Below are positions 27,953 to 38,094 of a stretch of DNA of 64,000 bases, piece after piece. Origin of the DNA: Patescibacteria group bacterium UBA3533 (GTDB lineage Bacteria; Patescibacteriota; Minisyncoccia; Phycocordibacterales; Phycocordibacteraceae); contig DFOU01000003.1 of the NCBI GenBank assembly GCA_002376865.1, positions 62,572-126,571 on the forward strand, given 5' to 3'. A model generated the notes under the pieces. The model was not told where the DNA came from. It saw only the letters and a program-made list of their open reading frames with translations, and searched no databases. Made by a program: the position numbers and the translations under genes. Numbering within the stretch: the stretch's first letter is position 1; every line of letters starts with the position of its first letter.

Positions 27953-28285
27953 ATGAGTATCTCAAAAGAATTCACCGAATACATTCTCGATCTACTTTCT
28001 CCTTTAGGAAATATAGAGGTGAAGAGAATGTTTGGTGGCGCACTCCTTAAAGTTCAAAATAAACAACTCGGAATAATAATTGAAGACCAACTGTACTTTA
28101 AAGTTACAAACTCTGAAGTACAAAAAAGATATGAGAGTGAAGGATCAAAACAATTCTCCTATACAAGAAAAGATAAAAAAGACCCTGTTGTTATTAAAAA
28201 CTGGTGGTCAGTACCTGAGGATGTAATAGAGAGTGGTAGTCAACTTGTTGATTTAGCAGAAGAGGTTCTTAGATATCAAGATTGA
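27953..28285 (+). CDS. TfoX/Sxy N-terminal domain protein
   Basis: 110 aa. MFGGALLKV...LYFKV pattern characteristic of the TfoX N-terminal domain. Confidence 0.45.
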   Translation: MSISKEFTEYILDLLSPLGNIEVKRMFGGALLKVQNKQLGIIIEDQLYFKVTNSEVQKRYESEGSKQFSYTRKDKKDPVVIKNWWSVPEDVIESGSQLVDLAEEVLRYQD

Positions 28286-28302
28286 TATACTGTATATAAT
28301 AT

Positions 28303-28878
28303 ATGAACACAAAATTTATTCTTCACGGTGGGTTCACCAGTACACAAAACGAATTAAATAGAAGTTTCTTTAAGGAACTTACTAAAGATGTTCCTGAAGA
28401 TGGTACTGTTTTACTCATTTTCTTTTCAAGAAAAGATGAAGAGTTGGAGCGACTTTTTGCAGAAGATAAAAAGAATGTACTTGATCAGGCTGGGGGAAAG
28501 AAACTTAATGTTGTTTTAGCCACTGAAGAAGATTTTATTAATCAAGTTAAGCAAGCAGATGCTCTTTATATGAGAGGCGGTGAGACTGATAAACTTCTTG
28601 CGAAGCTTCGGCAGTTCCCTGAATTTAAGAATCTTATTAATGGAAAGACTGTCGCTGGTTCATCTGCCGGTGCTTATGTAATTGGTCAGTACAGCGCTGG
28701 TCATTCGGTGACACATATTCGAGAGGGTCTAGGCCTTGCTCCTCTTAGGGTGGTTTGTCATTATCAAAGTTCTGATTTGCCACCAAGTAAAGAGTCTCTT
28801 TCTATACTCAAAGAGACTGCTCAAGACCTAGAGCTTGTACTTTTAAAGAATTTTGAACACAAAAAGTTTTCCTTTTAA
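28303..28878 (+). CDS. Peptidase S51 (peptidase E / cyanophycinase-like) family protein
   Basis: 191 aa. LYMRGGETDKLL and nucleophile motif GSSAGAYVIG. Confidence 0.55.
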   Translation: MNTKFILHGGFTSTQNELNRSFFKELTKDVPEDGTVLLIFFSRKDEELERLFAEDKKNVLDQAGGKKLNVVLATEEDFINQVKQADALYMRGGETDKLLAKLRQFPEFKNLINGKTVAGSSAGAYVIGQYSAGHSVTHIREGLGLAPLRVVCHYQSSDLPPSKESLSILKETAQDLELVLLKNFEHKKFSF

Positions 28879-28915
28879 ATAATAAGCAGATTGATACTAA
28901 AGACTACGTAGTGTA

Positions 28916-30409
28916 GTGTGCACGCTTATGTCAGGTAATGGAGCACTCATCAATTTTAATGATGTCTCATACGAGCACACTGCTAACAAGCCGATTCTAA
29001 TCGACTCTTCTTTTTCTATACGAAGGGGAGCGAAGCTAACCCTTATGGGTCAAAATGGTGCTGGAAAAAGTACACTCTTTGGCCTCATAACAGGGCAGCA
29101 CACGCCAAATGAAGGAAGAATAAATATCGTACATGGTACGAGTATTGCGGTATCAAGACAGGTCATTCCTCGAGAGGATCTTGAGATAACAGTTCGAGAC
29201 TTCTTCTCAAAATGTTTTAGTGAAAAGGTGTATGACATTGATCCACGTATCGATGCAATCTTGGAGGTTGTAAATCTCTCTCCAAAAGACAAAGAAGTAA
29301 AAGAAACATTTAAGGATCGTCTTGTAGGAAGTTTCTCTGGAGGACAGCAGGCGAGGCTTCTTTTAGCTTCTGCTCTTATTCAGAATCCTGATGTGCTTTT
29401 GCTTGATGAGCCAACAAACAATTTAGATGTGGAAGGGATTGAGCACCTTACAGACTTTCTTAAAGCATATAAGAAGACCGTTATTGTTATTTCCCATGAT
29501 GCAGACTTTCTTAATGCCTTCACGCACGGAGTTCTTTATTTAAATACACAGACACGAAGTATCGAGCAGTACACAGGAAACTATAACGATGTAGTAGAAG
29601 AGATTGGTGTGCGGGTAGAAAAGGAGAAAAGAAAAAACGCACAGCTTTCAAAAGAAATTCAAGCAAACAAAGACAAGGCAAACTTCTTTGCAAATAAAGG
29701 AGGGCAGATGCGAATGGTTGCAAAGCGTATGCGAGAGAAGGTAGATCTTGCAGAAGAAAATAAGGTTGATGTACGAAAAGAAGATAGAACTATTCGGGAT
29801 TTTGAAATTCCTACACAGAAAGACATTCCTCTTAATGTTCTGGAGTTAACTTCATACAAGGTAATAAAAGATCATAAGCCAAAGGATGTGAAGTGTGATC
29901 TAACACTTAAGCGAGGAAGTCACCTTCAGATTATCGGACCAAATGGTATTGGAAAAACAACATTGCTTGAATCTCTAGCATCAGGTGAGGCAGCTGGTGA
30001 GGAAGTGGCAAAGGGGATAAAGATTGGATACTACCGACAAGACTTCTCAAACCTAGACTTTGATCAGACAGTATTTGATTGTCTTATGGACGCAATGGAC
30101 AAAAAGATTCAAGAAGATATGCGCTCTATTGCTGCAGGATTCTTGCTTGATGGAGAGATAATGAAAACAAAAATTGGAAACCTTTCAGAAGGACAGAAAG
30201 GACTTGTTGCCTTTGCGCGTCTTAAGATTATTGAGCCAGGACTTCTTATTCTTGATGAGCCAACAAACCACATTAACTTCCGACATATTCCGGTAATTGC
30301 AAAAGCACTAGATGAGTTTAAGGGTGCAATGATTCTCGTGTCTCACGTGCCAGAGTTTGTAGATCAAATACATATAGATGATGTGCTTGACTTGGGGAAG
30401 AAAAAGTAG
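28916..30409 (+). CDS. ABC-F family ATPase (two ABC domains, no TM domain)
   Basis: 497 aa. Walker A GQNGAGKST and GPNGIGKTT. Signatures LSGGQQARL and LSEGQKGL. Walker B LLLDEPTN and LILDEPTNH. Confidence 0.85.
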   Translation: MCTLMSGNGALINFNDVSYEHTANKPILIDSSFSIRRGAKLTLMGQNGAGKSTLFGLITGQHTPNEGRINIVHGTSIAVSRQVIPREDLEITVRDFFSKCFSEKVYDIDPRIDAILEVVNLSPKDKEVKETFKDRLVGSFSGGQQARLLLASALIQNPDVLLLDEPTNNLDVEGIEHLTDFLKAYKKTVIVISHDADFLNAFTHGVLYLNTQTRSIEQYTGNYNDVVEEIGVRVEKEKRKNAQLSKEIQANKDKANFFANKGGQMRMVAKRMREKVDLAEENKVDVRKEDRTIRDFEIPTQKDIPLNVLELTSYKVIKDHKPKDVKCDLTLKRGSHLQIIGPNGIGKTTLLESLASGEAAGEEVAKGIKIGYYRQDFSNLDFDQTVFDCLMDAMDKKIQEDMRSIAAGFLLDGEIMKTKIGNLSEGQKGLVAFARLKIIEPGLLILDEPTNHINFRHIPVIAKALDEFKGAMILVSHVPEFVDQIHIDDVLDLGKKK

Positions 30410-30438
30410 CATATTGAAAATAGGAAAGGAGGCGCGTT

Positions 30439-30885
30439 ATGGAAATCGTGTATGCATACGAGAGACCAAAGGTTGGTTTCGAGAATAGTGTTTTCTTGGC
30501 AGGGCCAAGTCCACGATGTGACGAGGATTATAACTGGCGCCCAGAGGCAATTGAGATTTTACAGAATCTTGGTTTTTCTGGTTCAGTTTTGATTCCTCTT
30601 CCAAGAGGTGGCGTTTGGAGTGAGTATCTTGAGCAGGTGGAATGGGAGCTTGATAATTTACAGCAAGCAACCAAAATCGTTTTTTGGATTCCACGCTCAG
30701 AAACTCTCCCTGGGTATACAACCAATGTTGAGTTTGGATTGTTTGTGTCCTCAGGAAAGTGCATCTTGGGAGCTCCTGATGGTGCACTGAAAATGAAATA
30801 CATTCGTTTTCTTGCTGGTAGGTACAATGTACCCACTTTCAGCACTCTTGAAGATACACTTCGTACAGCTATTGCTACTGTGTAG
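30439..30885 (+). CDS. Hypothetical protein, possibly nucleoside 2-deoxyribosyltransferase-like
   Basis: 148 aa. Strong SD (aaggagg). VFLAGPSPR...RPE pattern weakly suggests an NDT-like Rossmann fold. Confidence 0.35.
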   Translation: MEIVYAYERPKVGFENSVFLAGPSPRCDEDYNWRPEAIEILQNLGFSGSVLIPLPRGGVWSEYLEQVEWELDNLQQATKIVFWIPRSETLPGYTTNVEFGLFVSSGKCILGAPDGALKMKYIRFLAGRYNVPTFSTLEDTLRTAIATV

Positions 30886-30943
30886 CACATTGAAGGTCGG
30901 TTTATTAGCCGGCCTTTACTATTGCAGTGTTAAAATATTTTTT

Positions 30944-31189
30944 ATGAACCACACCGTCTACATACTTAAGTGTGCAGATAACACCTTATATACTGGCTAT
31001 ACAATAGATGTAGAGCGCAGGGTGTCAGAGCATAATTCTGAGAAGATTGGCGCAAAGTATACAAAAGCACGAAGACCTGTAGAGCTTGTATATACAGAAG
31101 AGTTTGAATTTAAAGGGGATGCAATGCGTAGAGAGATAGAGCTAAAGAAACTAACAAGAGCAGAAAAACTTTCACTTATAAAACTTTAG
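30944..31189 (+). CDS. GIY-YIG nuclease family protein
   Basis: 81 aa. YILKCADNTLYTGYTIDVERRVSEHN is a GIY-YIG motif. Stand-alone small domain. Confidence 0.6.
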   Translation: MNHTVYILKCADNTLYTGYTIDVERRVSEHNSEKIGAKYTKARRPVELVYTEEFEFKGDAMRREIELKKLTRAEKLSLIKL

Positions 31190-31204
31190 TAGTAGTGTGA
31201 CTTC

Positions 31205-32452
31205 GTGGGATTACCTAAAAACACATATGACGTCATCGTAATCGGAGGAGGAGCTTCCGGAATGATGGCAGCAGTTATTGCAGGAAAGCGCGGAAAGCGT
31301 GTGCTTTTGCTTGAGAAGAACAAGCACCTAGGAGAGAAGCTTCGAATCTCAGGAGGGGGACGATGCAATATTTTAAATACTGAAGAAGATACAAGAAAAC
31401 TACTCTCGCACTTTGGAGAAGCAGATAAATTCCTTTTCTCTCCATTTGCACAGTTTGGAATGAAAGAAACAAGAGAATTCTTTGAATCAAATGGACTCCC
31501 TATTATGGAAGAAGAAAACAATAGAGCATTTCCAGCATCAGAGAGTGCAGAGGACGTATGCAAGTTTTTTGAGGACCTGCTTCGAGAATATAAAGTAGAA
31601 GTTAGAAAAAAGATTGAGGTAACAGAGCTTGTAAAGCGAAGTGGGAAAATCACACGTGTGCGAGCAGGAGATCAGGAGTTTGCAGCTGAATCTATTGTCC
31701 TTGCAACAGGAGGAGTCTCACACCCTGAGACTGGATCTACAGGAGATGGATTTAAATGGCTTGAAAGTCTTGGGCATACAGCACATGAGCCAAAGCCAAC
31801 CATTGTTCCTCTAAAGGTTGAACAGAAATGGATTCGAGATTTGTCAGGAAACTCAGCGCCTGATGCAAAGATCACATTTCTCCTTGGAAAGGAAAAGAAG
31901 TTCTCAAAGCGTGGACGCATTCTTTTCACACACTTTGGTTTATCTGGGCCAACTATTTTAAATAGCGCAGCTAAAGTGCAAGATCTTCTACATGAAGGAA
32001 TTGTAAATGCGCATATTGATCTGTTTCCAGATTTGGACCTTGGGGCACTCGATGCAAAGATCCAAGAACTCTTTGAAGCAAATAAGAATAAAAATGTAGC
32101 AAATGTATTTAAAGGATTTCTTCCAGCTGGAACACACGATGTACTTGTAACGCGTTTCCCAAATATTGATCCGGAAATAAAAGTGCATTCAGTTACAAAA
32201 GAGCAGCGAAAAGGAATGGTTGAGTTTCTAAAGAGTATTCCTCTGGTTATTTCAGGACTTATGGATCCTGAGAAAGCTGTTATTGCAGATGGAGGAGTGC
32301 CACTAACTGAAATAGACACAAAGACTATGCGATCAAAGGTAATAAAGAATCTATTTATTACAGGAGATCTTTTTAATATCACACGACCAACGGGAGGGTA
32401 CTCATTACAGCTTTGCTGGACCAGCGGATACATTGCAGGGATGAATGTATAA
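31205..32452 (+). CDS. NAD(P)/FAD-dependent oxidoreductase (HI0933/BaiN-like flavoprotein)
   Basis: 415 aa. Rossmann motif DVIVIGGGASGMMAA. GGGRCN and GDLFNITRPTGGY motifs typical of the HI0933 family. Confidence 0.75.
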   Translation: MGLPKNTYDVIVIGGGASGMMAAVIAGKRGKRVLLLEKNKHLGEKLRISGGGRCNILNTEEDTRKLLSHFGEADKFLFSPFAQFGMKETREFFESNGLPIMEEENNRAFPASESAEDVCKFFEDLLREYKVEVRKKIEVTELVKRSGKITRVRAGDQEFAAESIVLATGGVSHPETGSTGDGFKWLESLGHTAHEPKPTIVPLKVEQKWIRDLSGNSAPDAKITFLLGKEKKFSKRGRILFTHFGLSGPTILNSAAKVQDLLHEGIVNAHIDLFPDLDLGALDAKIQELFEANKNKNVANVFKGFLPAGTHDVLVTRFPNIDPEIKVHSVTKEQRKGMVEFLKSIPLVISGLMDPEKAVIADGGVPLTEIDTKTMRSKVIKNLFITGDLFNITRPTGGYSLQLCWTSGYIAGMNV

Positions 32453-32461
32453 TAAATAGAT

Positions 32462-32878
32462 ATGAAGAATCTTATTATTCTTGTTGTATCAATTATTCTA
32501 ATTGGAGGAGGGTTTTATTATCTAAATAGAACTGTTGGGGAGAGACAGGTTGTAGACGCGCCGCTTGAAGCAGATTCACTTGCAGGAGTTTGGCAGAGTA
32601 TAGAAGATCCAAATTTTGTACGAACTATTTATGAAAATGGGGGATACAGTGATCTGTATGAAGGAGAGGAGGTTTCAAATGGTCCGTGGGTTACTTTTAT
32701 GACGGATGCTGCACCTGCAGAGTTTCCCTATCCACTTGAGGAAGATGTAATGTATCTTGAGCTCATGGATGAGGAGGGATCTCTCTACTTTAAGGTTGTA
32801 GAAAAGACAGAAGAAAAACTTACTCTTATTTACTTAGATCGAGGTGGAGTTCTTGAATTTATTCGGGTAGAGCAATAA
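32462..32878 (+). CDS. Hypothetical membrane-anchored protein
   Basis: 138 aa. N-terminal TM helix, acidic soluble domain. Confidence 0.4.
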   Translation: MKNLIILVVSIILIGGGFYYLNRTVGERQVVDAPLEADSLAGVWQSIEDPNFVRTIYENGGYSDLYEGEEVSNGPWVTFMTDAAPAEFPYPLEEDVMYLELMDEEGSLYFKVVEKTEEKLTLIYLDRGGVLEFIRVEQ

Positions 32879-32943
32879 CACCTAGACATTAGTACACTTC
32901 TAACGTACTCTTTGGGAAATCAGGCCCAAAGGCCGTATTTTTT

Positions 32944-34734
32944 ATGGAAATTCGAAACATTGCAATTATTGCCCACGTGGACCACGGAAAGACTACGCTA
33001 ACTGATGCACTTATGCAGCAGACAGGCGCGGTTAAAGCCGGTTCATCAATGGATTCAAACACGCTTGAGCAAGAGCGTGGTATTACCATTTACTCTAAGA
33101 ATGCTTCGGTTACATACAAAGATACAAAAATTAATATTGTAGATACTCCAGGCCATGCTGACTTCGGATCAGAGGTAGAGCGAGTACTTCGCTCAATCGA
33201 TACTGTGCTTCTTGTAGTTGATGCGCAAGAAGGACCAATGCCGCAGACTCGTTTTGTACTAAAGAAGTCACTCGACTTAGGGCTCAATCCTATTGTTGTT
33301 ATCAATAAGATTGATAAGCCAGCTGCTGACACTGATAGAACAGAGGAGCAGGTACTTGAGCTTTTCTATGAGCTTGGCGCAAATGATGAGCAGGCAAATT
33401 TCCCAGTAGTATATGCAATTGGACGAGATGGAGTTGCAAAGAAAAAGATGGATGATGAGGCAAAGGATCTAACGCCACTTATCGATACTATCTTGGAGCA
33501 CGTGCCAAGTGCATCAAGTCCTGAGCTTGAAGAGAAGCCTCTTCGATTCCAGTCATTTAACCTAGCGTATGACAACTTCCTTGGGCGTATGGCAGTAGGG
33601 CGAGTATATGATGGAGTACTAAAGCTTGGAGATCCTCTTTTTATTAAAAAGCCAGATGGAGAGACTCGGGCCGGAAAGACAACAAAGATCTTTTCATTTA
33701 ATGGTCTTGAGCGAGTAGAAGTACAAGAAGCTAAGGCAGGAGACATTGTGCTTGTTGCTGGTCTTGAGAATATTGATATTGGAGAGACGGTAACTACAGA
33801 TGAGAGCGTAGAGCCTCTTGCTGCTATTTCTGTAGATGAGCCAACGATCTCTCTTGCCTTCATGGCAAACAGCTCACCATTTAGAGGGAAGGAAGGAGAA
33901 TCTGTAACTTCACGAGAAATTAGAGAGTATCTTGAGCGTGAGCTTGAGGTGAATGTAGGGCTTAAGGTTGATTTTGATGCAGGAGATCATTTCAAAGTAT
34001 ATGGACGAGGAGAACTTCACATCGCAATTCTTCTTGAGAATATGCGACGTTCAGGGTATGAGATCCAGGTATCTCAGCCGCAGGTAATTATTAAAGAAGA
34101 AGATGGGGTTAAGGTGGAGCCATTTGAGGAAGTGATTATTGATGTGCCTGAGGAGTTCCAGGGAGTTGTTATTGAGAAGCTTGGGACACGAGGTTTTGTA
34201 ATGAAGAACCTTGAGCATGTAGATGCAATCCTACGCCTTACATTTGAAGGACCTACACGAGGATTGCTTGGATATCGAAATCAGTTTGTTGTTGATACAC
34301 GAGGAGAAGGGATCTTTTCTTCACGAGTAATTGGCTTTAAGCCGTATGCAGGAGATATTCAAAGGAAGTCTGTTGGGTCTATGGTTTCAATGGTGCAAGG
34401 AAAAACTCCAGCATTTGCGCTATGGGGTCTTCAGGATCGAGGGCAGCTATACATTGGAGCTGGTACTGAAGTGTATGAAGGTATGGTTATTGGAAATACT
34501 GCAAAAGGGGAGGAGATGACAGTAAATCCTACAAAGGGAAAGCAGCTAACCAATATGCGCTCATCAAGTTCAGATGAATCAGTTGATCTTGTGCCGCCAC
34601 TTACACTTTCTATTGAGCGAGGGCTCGAGATTATGAATGCAGATGAGTATTTGGAGATTACTCCTAATAGCGTACGTCTACGCAAGCAGCTTCTAAAGGA
34701 ATCAGAGCGAGTAAGGGAGAAGCGACAGAGGTAA
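32944..34734 (+). CDS. typA: Translational GTPase TypA/BipA
   Basis: 596 aa. [25 protein letters not shown]-like domain order without domain IV. Confidence 0.9.
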   Translation: MEIRNIAIIAHVDHGKTTLTDALMQQTGAVKAGSSMDSNTLEQERGITIYSKNASVTYKDTKINIVDTPGHADFGSEVERVLRSIDTVLLVVDAQEGPMPQTRFVLKKSLDLGLNPIVVINKIDKPAADTDRTEEQVLELFYELGANDEQANFPVVYAIGRDGVAKKKMDDEAKDLTPLIDTILEHVPSASSPELEEKPLRFQSFNLAYDNFLGRMAVGRVYDGVLKLGDPLFIKKPDGETRAGKTTKIFSFNGLERVEVQEAKAGDIVLVAGLENIDIGETVTTDESVEPLAAISVDEPTISLAFMANSSPFRGKEGESVTSREIREYLERELEVNVGLKVDFDAGDHFKVYGRGELHIAILLENMRRSGYEIQVSQPQVIIKEEDGVKVEPFEEVIIDVPEEFQGVVIEKLGTRGFVMKNLEHVDAILRLTFEGPTRGLLGYRNQFVVDTRGEGIFSSRVIGFKPYAGDIQRKSVGSMVSMVQGKTPAFALWGLQDRGQLYIGAGTEVYEGMVIGNTAKGEEMTVNPTKGKQLTNMRSSSSDESVDLVPPLTLSIERGLEIMNADEYLEITPNSVRLRKQLLKESERVREKRQR

Positions 34735-34815
34735 TTGACAACACTTTCATTGTAATGCACTATTTCGGCTAGAAGGTAAATTCAAATTTCTAGCTGCAAT
34801 AGAAAGGTGCTAGAC

Positions 34816-35205
34816 ATGAAAAATATTGTGCTACTTACGGCGCTTGTTGTCTCTGGGTTCGCAGTTTCGGCATGTGGAATACAGCAAGATCCGTTGACTC
34901 CAGAGCAGGTCGCTATTGCGGCCGAACTGGAGGATGCTCCTCCTGAAAGTATCTTGGTTTTCAATCAGGATAAGATTGGGGCTCGTTGGGGCTATATCTG
35001 CCAAGAAAGATTTCGTGGGAATCTTACAGTTAGTACTTTTTATCATGATCAGACGTCGCAATGTGGATCTTACTACTCACGGATTCCTGGATGGTCTACA
35101 GAGCATTGGGCCCGAGTGACTATCGAAGTTATCACTCCAAACGATCCTGAGTACGAAGGTAAAGTTGAGTTTCTCATGCGTGAAGTCATGCTTGAAGAAC
35201 AATAA
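34816..35205 (+). CDS. Putative lipoprotein
   Basis: Signal peptide with lipobox-like VSAC (MKNIVLLTALVVSGFAVSAC). ~130-aa mature protein. Confidence 0.45.
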   Translation: MKNIVLLTALVVSGFAVSACGIQQDPLTPEQVAIAAELEDAPPESILVFNQDKIGARWGYICQERFRGNLTVSTFYHDQTSQCGSYYSRIPGWSTEHWARVTIEVITPNDPEYEGKVEFLMREVMLEEQ

Positions 35206-35206
35206 T

Positions 35207-35265
35207 CGCCCGCTCGGCAAGATGAAGGAAGCAAAACCTTCGTCTTGCCGAGGGGCGGTTTTCTT
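35207..35265 (+). terminator. Long-stem rho-independent terminator
   Basis: cgcccgctcggcaagatgaagg...ccttcgtcttgccgaggggcg followed by gttttc. Confidence 0.65.
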
Positions 35266-35393
35266 TATGTAAAAATGTAAAATAATTGACATAATATAGA
35301 AAATATTATATATTCCTGTTAACTCAATTCTCACGGTTTAAGAACTTTGCTCTGAAAATCTCTGGGACTAGAGCAAGTTAAAAAATAAATAAA

Positions 35394-36701
35394 ATGTATA
35401 AGAAACGGTTTTCAAGTAAACGACCGATGCGCTCTTCACGTGGTGGAGGGGGGAGAGGAGGTAAGCGCCCACAGCGTGGTAATTTTATTGACCCTGCTAA
35501 ATTTGTTAGCAAGGCAGTAGCAACAAAGCAGGAGCAGGCTGTCTTTACTCCCGAGCATAAGTTCGTTGATTTTGATCTAGCTCCCGAGCTAAAACAAAAT
35601 ATTATAGATAAAGGATATGAGAATCCTACACCGATCCAGGATCGGGCTATTCCTCATGTTCTCGCTGGAGAGGATGTAGTAGGTATTGCAAATACAGGTA
35701 CTGGTAAGACGGCGGCATTCTTGCTTCCACTTATTACCAAGGTAATTAAGAATCCATATACAAAGGTTCTTGTAATGGCACCTACACGAGAGCTTGCTAT
35801 TCAGATTAATGAAGAGCTTAAGGGATTTACAAAAGGAATGAATATTTCTTCTGTATGTACTGTTGGAGGAACGCCAATGCGTCCACAGCTAAAGCAGCTT
35901 AAGAACAACAACAATTTCATTATTGGAACTCCAGGGCGAATCAAAGATCATGTAGAGCGACGAAGTATTCGTCTTGCTGCATTTGAGACACTCGTTCTTG
36001 ATGAGGCAGACCGAATGCTTGATATGGGATTTGTTAATGACATGCGGTTTATTGCAAAAGGAATGCATGAGAAGCGTCACACACTATTCTTCTCAGCAAC
36101 TCTTTCAAAGGATATTGAAAAACTTATTTCAGAGTTTCTTAATAACCCTGTACGTATTTCAGTTACAACTGGAGATACATCAAAGAATGTAGACCAGGAT
36201 GTAATCCGAATTGGACAAGGGCAGGAGAAGATTGAAATGCTTCATGACCTACTTAATGAGCGAGATTGTGATAAAGCAATTGTCTTTGGAGCAACAAAGC
36301 ATGGAGTAGAGCGTCTTTCAAAAGACCTTATTACTCGAGGATTCAAGAGTGAGGCACTGCACGGAGACAAGAGTCACCCGCAAAGGCAGCGAGCTCTTCG
36401 ACGCTTTAAAGAGGATCAGTCTAATATTCTTGTGGCAACAGATGTTGCGGCACGAGGACTAGATATTCCTAACGTATCTCACGTAATCAACTACGATCTT
36501 CCAATGACGTATGAAGATTATGTTCACCGAATTGGACGTACTGGACGTGGAGATCAGACAGGAAAGGCATTTACCTTTATTGGTGGAGGAACTTCAGCAG
36601 GACAGCAGAAGCGACCAGCACGACCATCATCTAATCGTCGGCCACAATCATCATCACGACCACGGCGCTCATACAGCGGAGGAGGACGTAGGCGGTATTA
36701 A
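35394..36701 (+). CDS. DEAD-box ATP-dependent RNA helicase
   Basis: 435 aa. Q-motif, Walker A ANTGTGKT, DEAD, SAT, HRIGRTGRG. Basic Arg/Ser-rich C-terminal tail. Confidence 0.9.
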   Translation: MYKKRFSSKRPMRSSRGGGGRGGKRPQRGNFIDPAKFVSKAVATKQEQAVFTPEHKFVDFDLAPELKQNIIDKGYENPTPIQDRAIPHVLAGEDVVGIANTGTGKTAAFLLPLITKVIKNPYTKVLVMAPTRELAIQINEELKGFTKGMNISSVCTVGGTPMRPQLKQLKNNNNFIIGTPGRIKDHVERRSIRLAAFETLVLDEADRMLDMGFVNDMRFIAKGMHEKRHTLFFSATLSKDIEKLISEFLNNPVRISVTTGDTSKNVDQDVIRIGQGQEKIEMLHDLLNERDCDKAIVFGATKHGVERLSKDLITRGFKSEALHGDKSHPQRQRALRRFKEDQSNILVATDVAARGLDIPNVSHVINYDLPMTYEDYVHRIGRTGRGDQTGKAFTFIGGGTSAGQQKRPARPSSNRRPQSSSRPRRSYSGGGRRRY

Positions 36702-36705
36702 TACA

Positions 36706-36738
36706 AAAACACCCCAGGAAATCCTGGGGTGTTTTTGT
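36706..36738 (+). terminator. Rho-independent terminator
   Basis: aaaacaccccagg-aaat-cctggggtgtttt. Confidence 0.7.
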
Positions 36739-36754
36739 AGTACACTGTTTTTAA

Positions 36755-37828
36755 ATGATAAAGGAGTTCATTAAAAAGCATCAGCAGAAAATTTCAGCAG
36801 GAGCTCTTCTTGTTGGATTTTTCTGGGATGCTCTAACTCTTACTCGAATAGACTACTTCTTTGAAGTGTTAGTGCTTGGTACACATACCTCGCTTATTGT
36901 CCTTTGGATCCTTCTTATCAATATAATTGAAGGGAAGGATCTTAAAGGCTGGTTCTTTGGGAATATACGAACCGTAGCTCCTATACTGATGCAAGTATCA
37001 TTTGGGGCACTCTTTAGTGCACTTACCATTTTCTATATAAAGAGTGCATCATTTACCACAACTCTTGTTTTCGTACTCATTCTCCTAGGGCTTCTTATTG
37101 GAAATGAATTCTTTAGAAAAAAATATCAAAAGTTTGCCTTTCAATTTTCTGTACTATTTGTAGCGCTCGCATCATTTTTTGCACTCTACATTCCTGTATT
37201 AGTTAGTGCAGTTGGTGCGTGGGTATTTATTCTTGCAAATGTAGTTGCAGCATTTGTTATTTTCCTTCTTGTAGAGTTTTTAAAACTCTTTGTACCAGAG
37301 AGAGTGAATTGTTCTCGCAATGGACTTCGTATAAGTATTGGAAGTATTGTTATCCTTCTTCAGCTTCTTTATTTCTCAAATATTATTCCTCCTGTGCCGC
37401 TTGCTCTTAAAGACAAAGGAATCTATCACGATGTATATAAGAGTGAGCAAACATTTGTTGGAGTTGAAGAGAAAGAAAATTTCTTTGAGAAAATCCTTCC
37501 AGGGACAACCATTCATTTTGAAGAAGGAGAGTCACTTGCAATGTACAGTGCAGTCTTTGCTCCGACAGGGCTTTCTACAAACATAGCTCATTCATGGGAG
37601 TACTTTGATGCAGAGAGTAATGCATGGATTCCTCAAGGAAGAATAAGCTTCCCAATATCAGGAGGAAGAGATAGTGGCTTTAGGGGATATACGCAAAAGA
37701 GCAATATTTTTGAGGGTAAATGGCGTGTGCAAGTTGTTACGAAAAGAGACCAAGTGCTTGGAAGAGTGGTGTTTACACTCAAAAAAGCCGAAAAATCACT
37801 CAATTTCATAGAAAAAGAGCTCAACTAA
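36755..37828 (+). CDS. Polytopic membrane protein with C-terminal soluble domain (DUF2914-like architecture)
   Basis: 357 aa. ~6 predicted TM helices, then a ~140-aa C-terminal domain (GKWRVQVVTKRDQVLGRVVFTL). Confidence 0.45.
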   Translation: MIKEFIKKHQQKISAGALLVGFFWDALTLTRIDYFFEVLVLGTHTSLIVLWILLINIIEGKDLKGWFFGNIRTVAPILMQVSFGALFSALTIFYIKSASFTTTLVFVLILLGLLIGNEFFRKKYQKFAFQFSVLFVALASFFALYIPVLVSAVGAWVFILANVVAAFVIFLLVEFLKLFVPERVNCSRNGLRISIGSIVILLQLLYFSNIIPPVPLALKDKGIYHDVYKSEQTFVGVEEKENFFEKILPGTTIHFEEGESLAMYSAVFAPTGLSTNIAHSWEYFDAESNAWIPQGRISFPISGGRDSGFRGYTQKSNIFEGKWRVQVVTKRDQVLGRVVFTLKKAEKSLNFIEKELN

Positions 37829-37990
37829 GCTGTATTTGCTAGTTTTCCACAGTTTATACATGGAAATAAACAATTACATGTGATTGACATTGTGCTAGGG
37901 TTTCTATGCGTTACTGTATTGTGCATATTCAGGGAGAAGTACAATACACTCTAATGTAGCGCAACAAGGCTCGGCAGGCCAAATATAAAA

Positions 37991-38022
37991 AAGAAGACCA
38001 GCGTACAGCTGGTCTTCTTTTG
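37991..38022 (+). terminator. Hairpin terminator
   Basis: aagaagaccagc-gtac-agctggtcttctt followed by ttg. Confidence 0.5.
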
Positions 38023-38051
38023 TTGACATAGAATTTTGATATATGTAGAGT
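38023..38051 (+). promoter_or_regulatory. Candidate sigma70-like promoter (-35 TTGACA, 17-nt spacer, -10 TAGAGT)
   Basis: TTGACA at 38023-38028 and TAGAGT at 38046-38051. Located upstream of the ClpX-zinc-finger gene. Pattern match only. Confidence 0.3.
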
Positions 38052-38094
38052 GGAAAATGGTAGTACAAACCCTGGCAATGGTGCCAGCTTCAGT

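Noticed and set aside
31672-32433. 253-aa ORF on the - strand
   Set aside because: Lies entirely antisense within the well-supported flavoprotein gene. No start context or motifs.
33366-33863. 165-aa ORF on the - strand
   Set aside because: Antisense inside typA. Ser-rich nonsense-like composition.
36511-36774. 87-aa His-rich ORF overlapping the DEAD-box helicase 3' end and terminator
   Set aside because: Alternate frame of the Arg/Ser-rich helicase tail spanning the terminator hairpin. No independent support.
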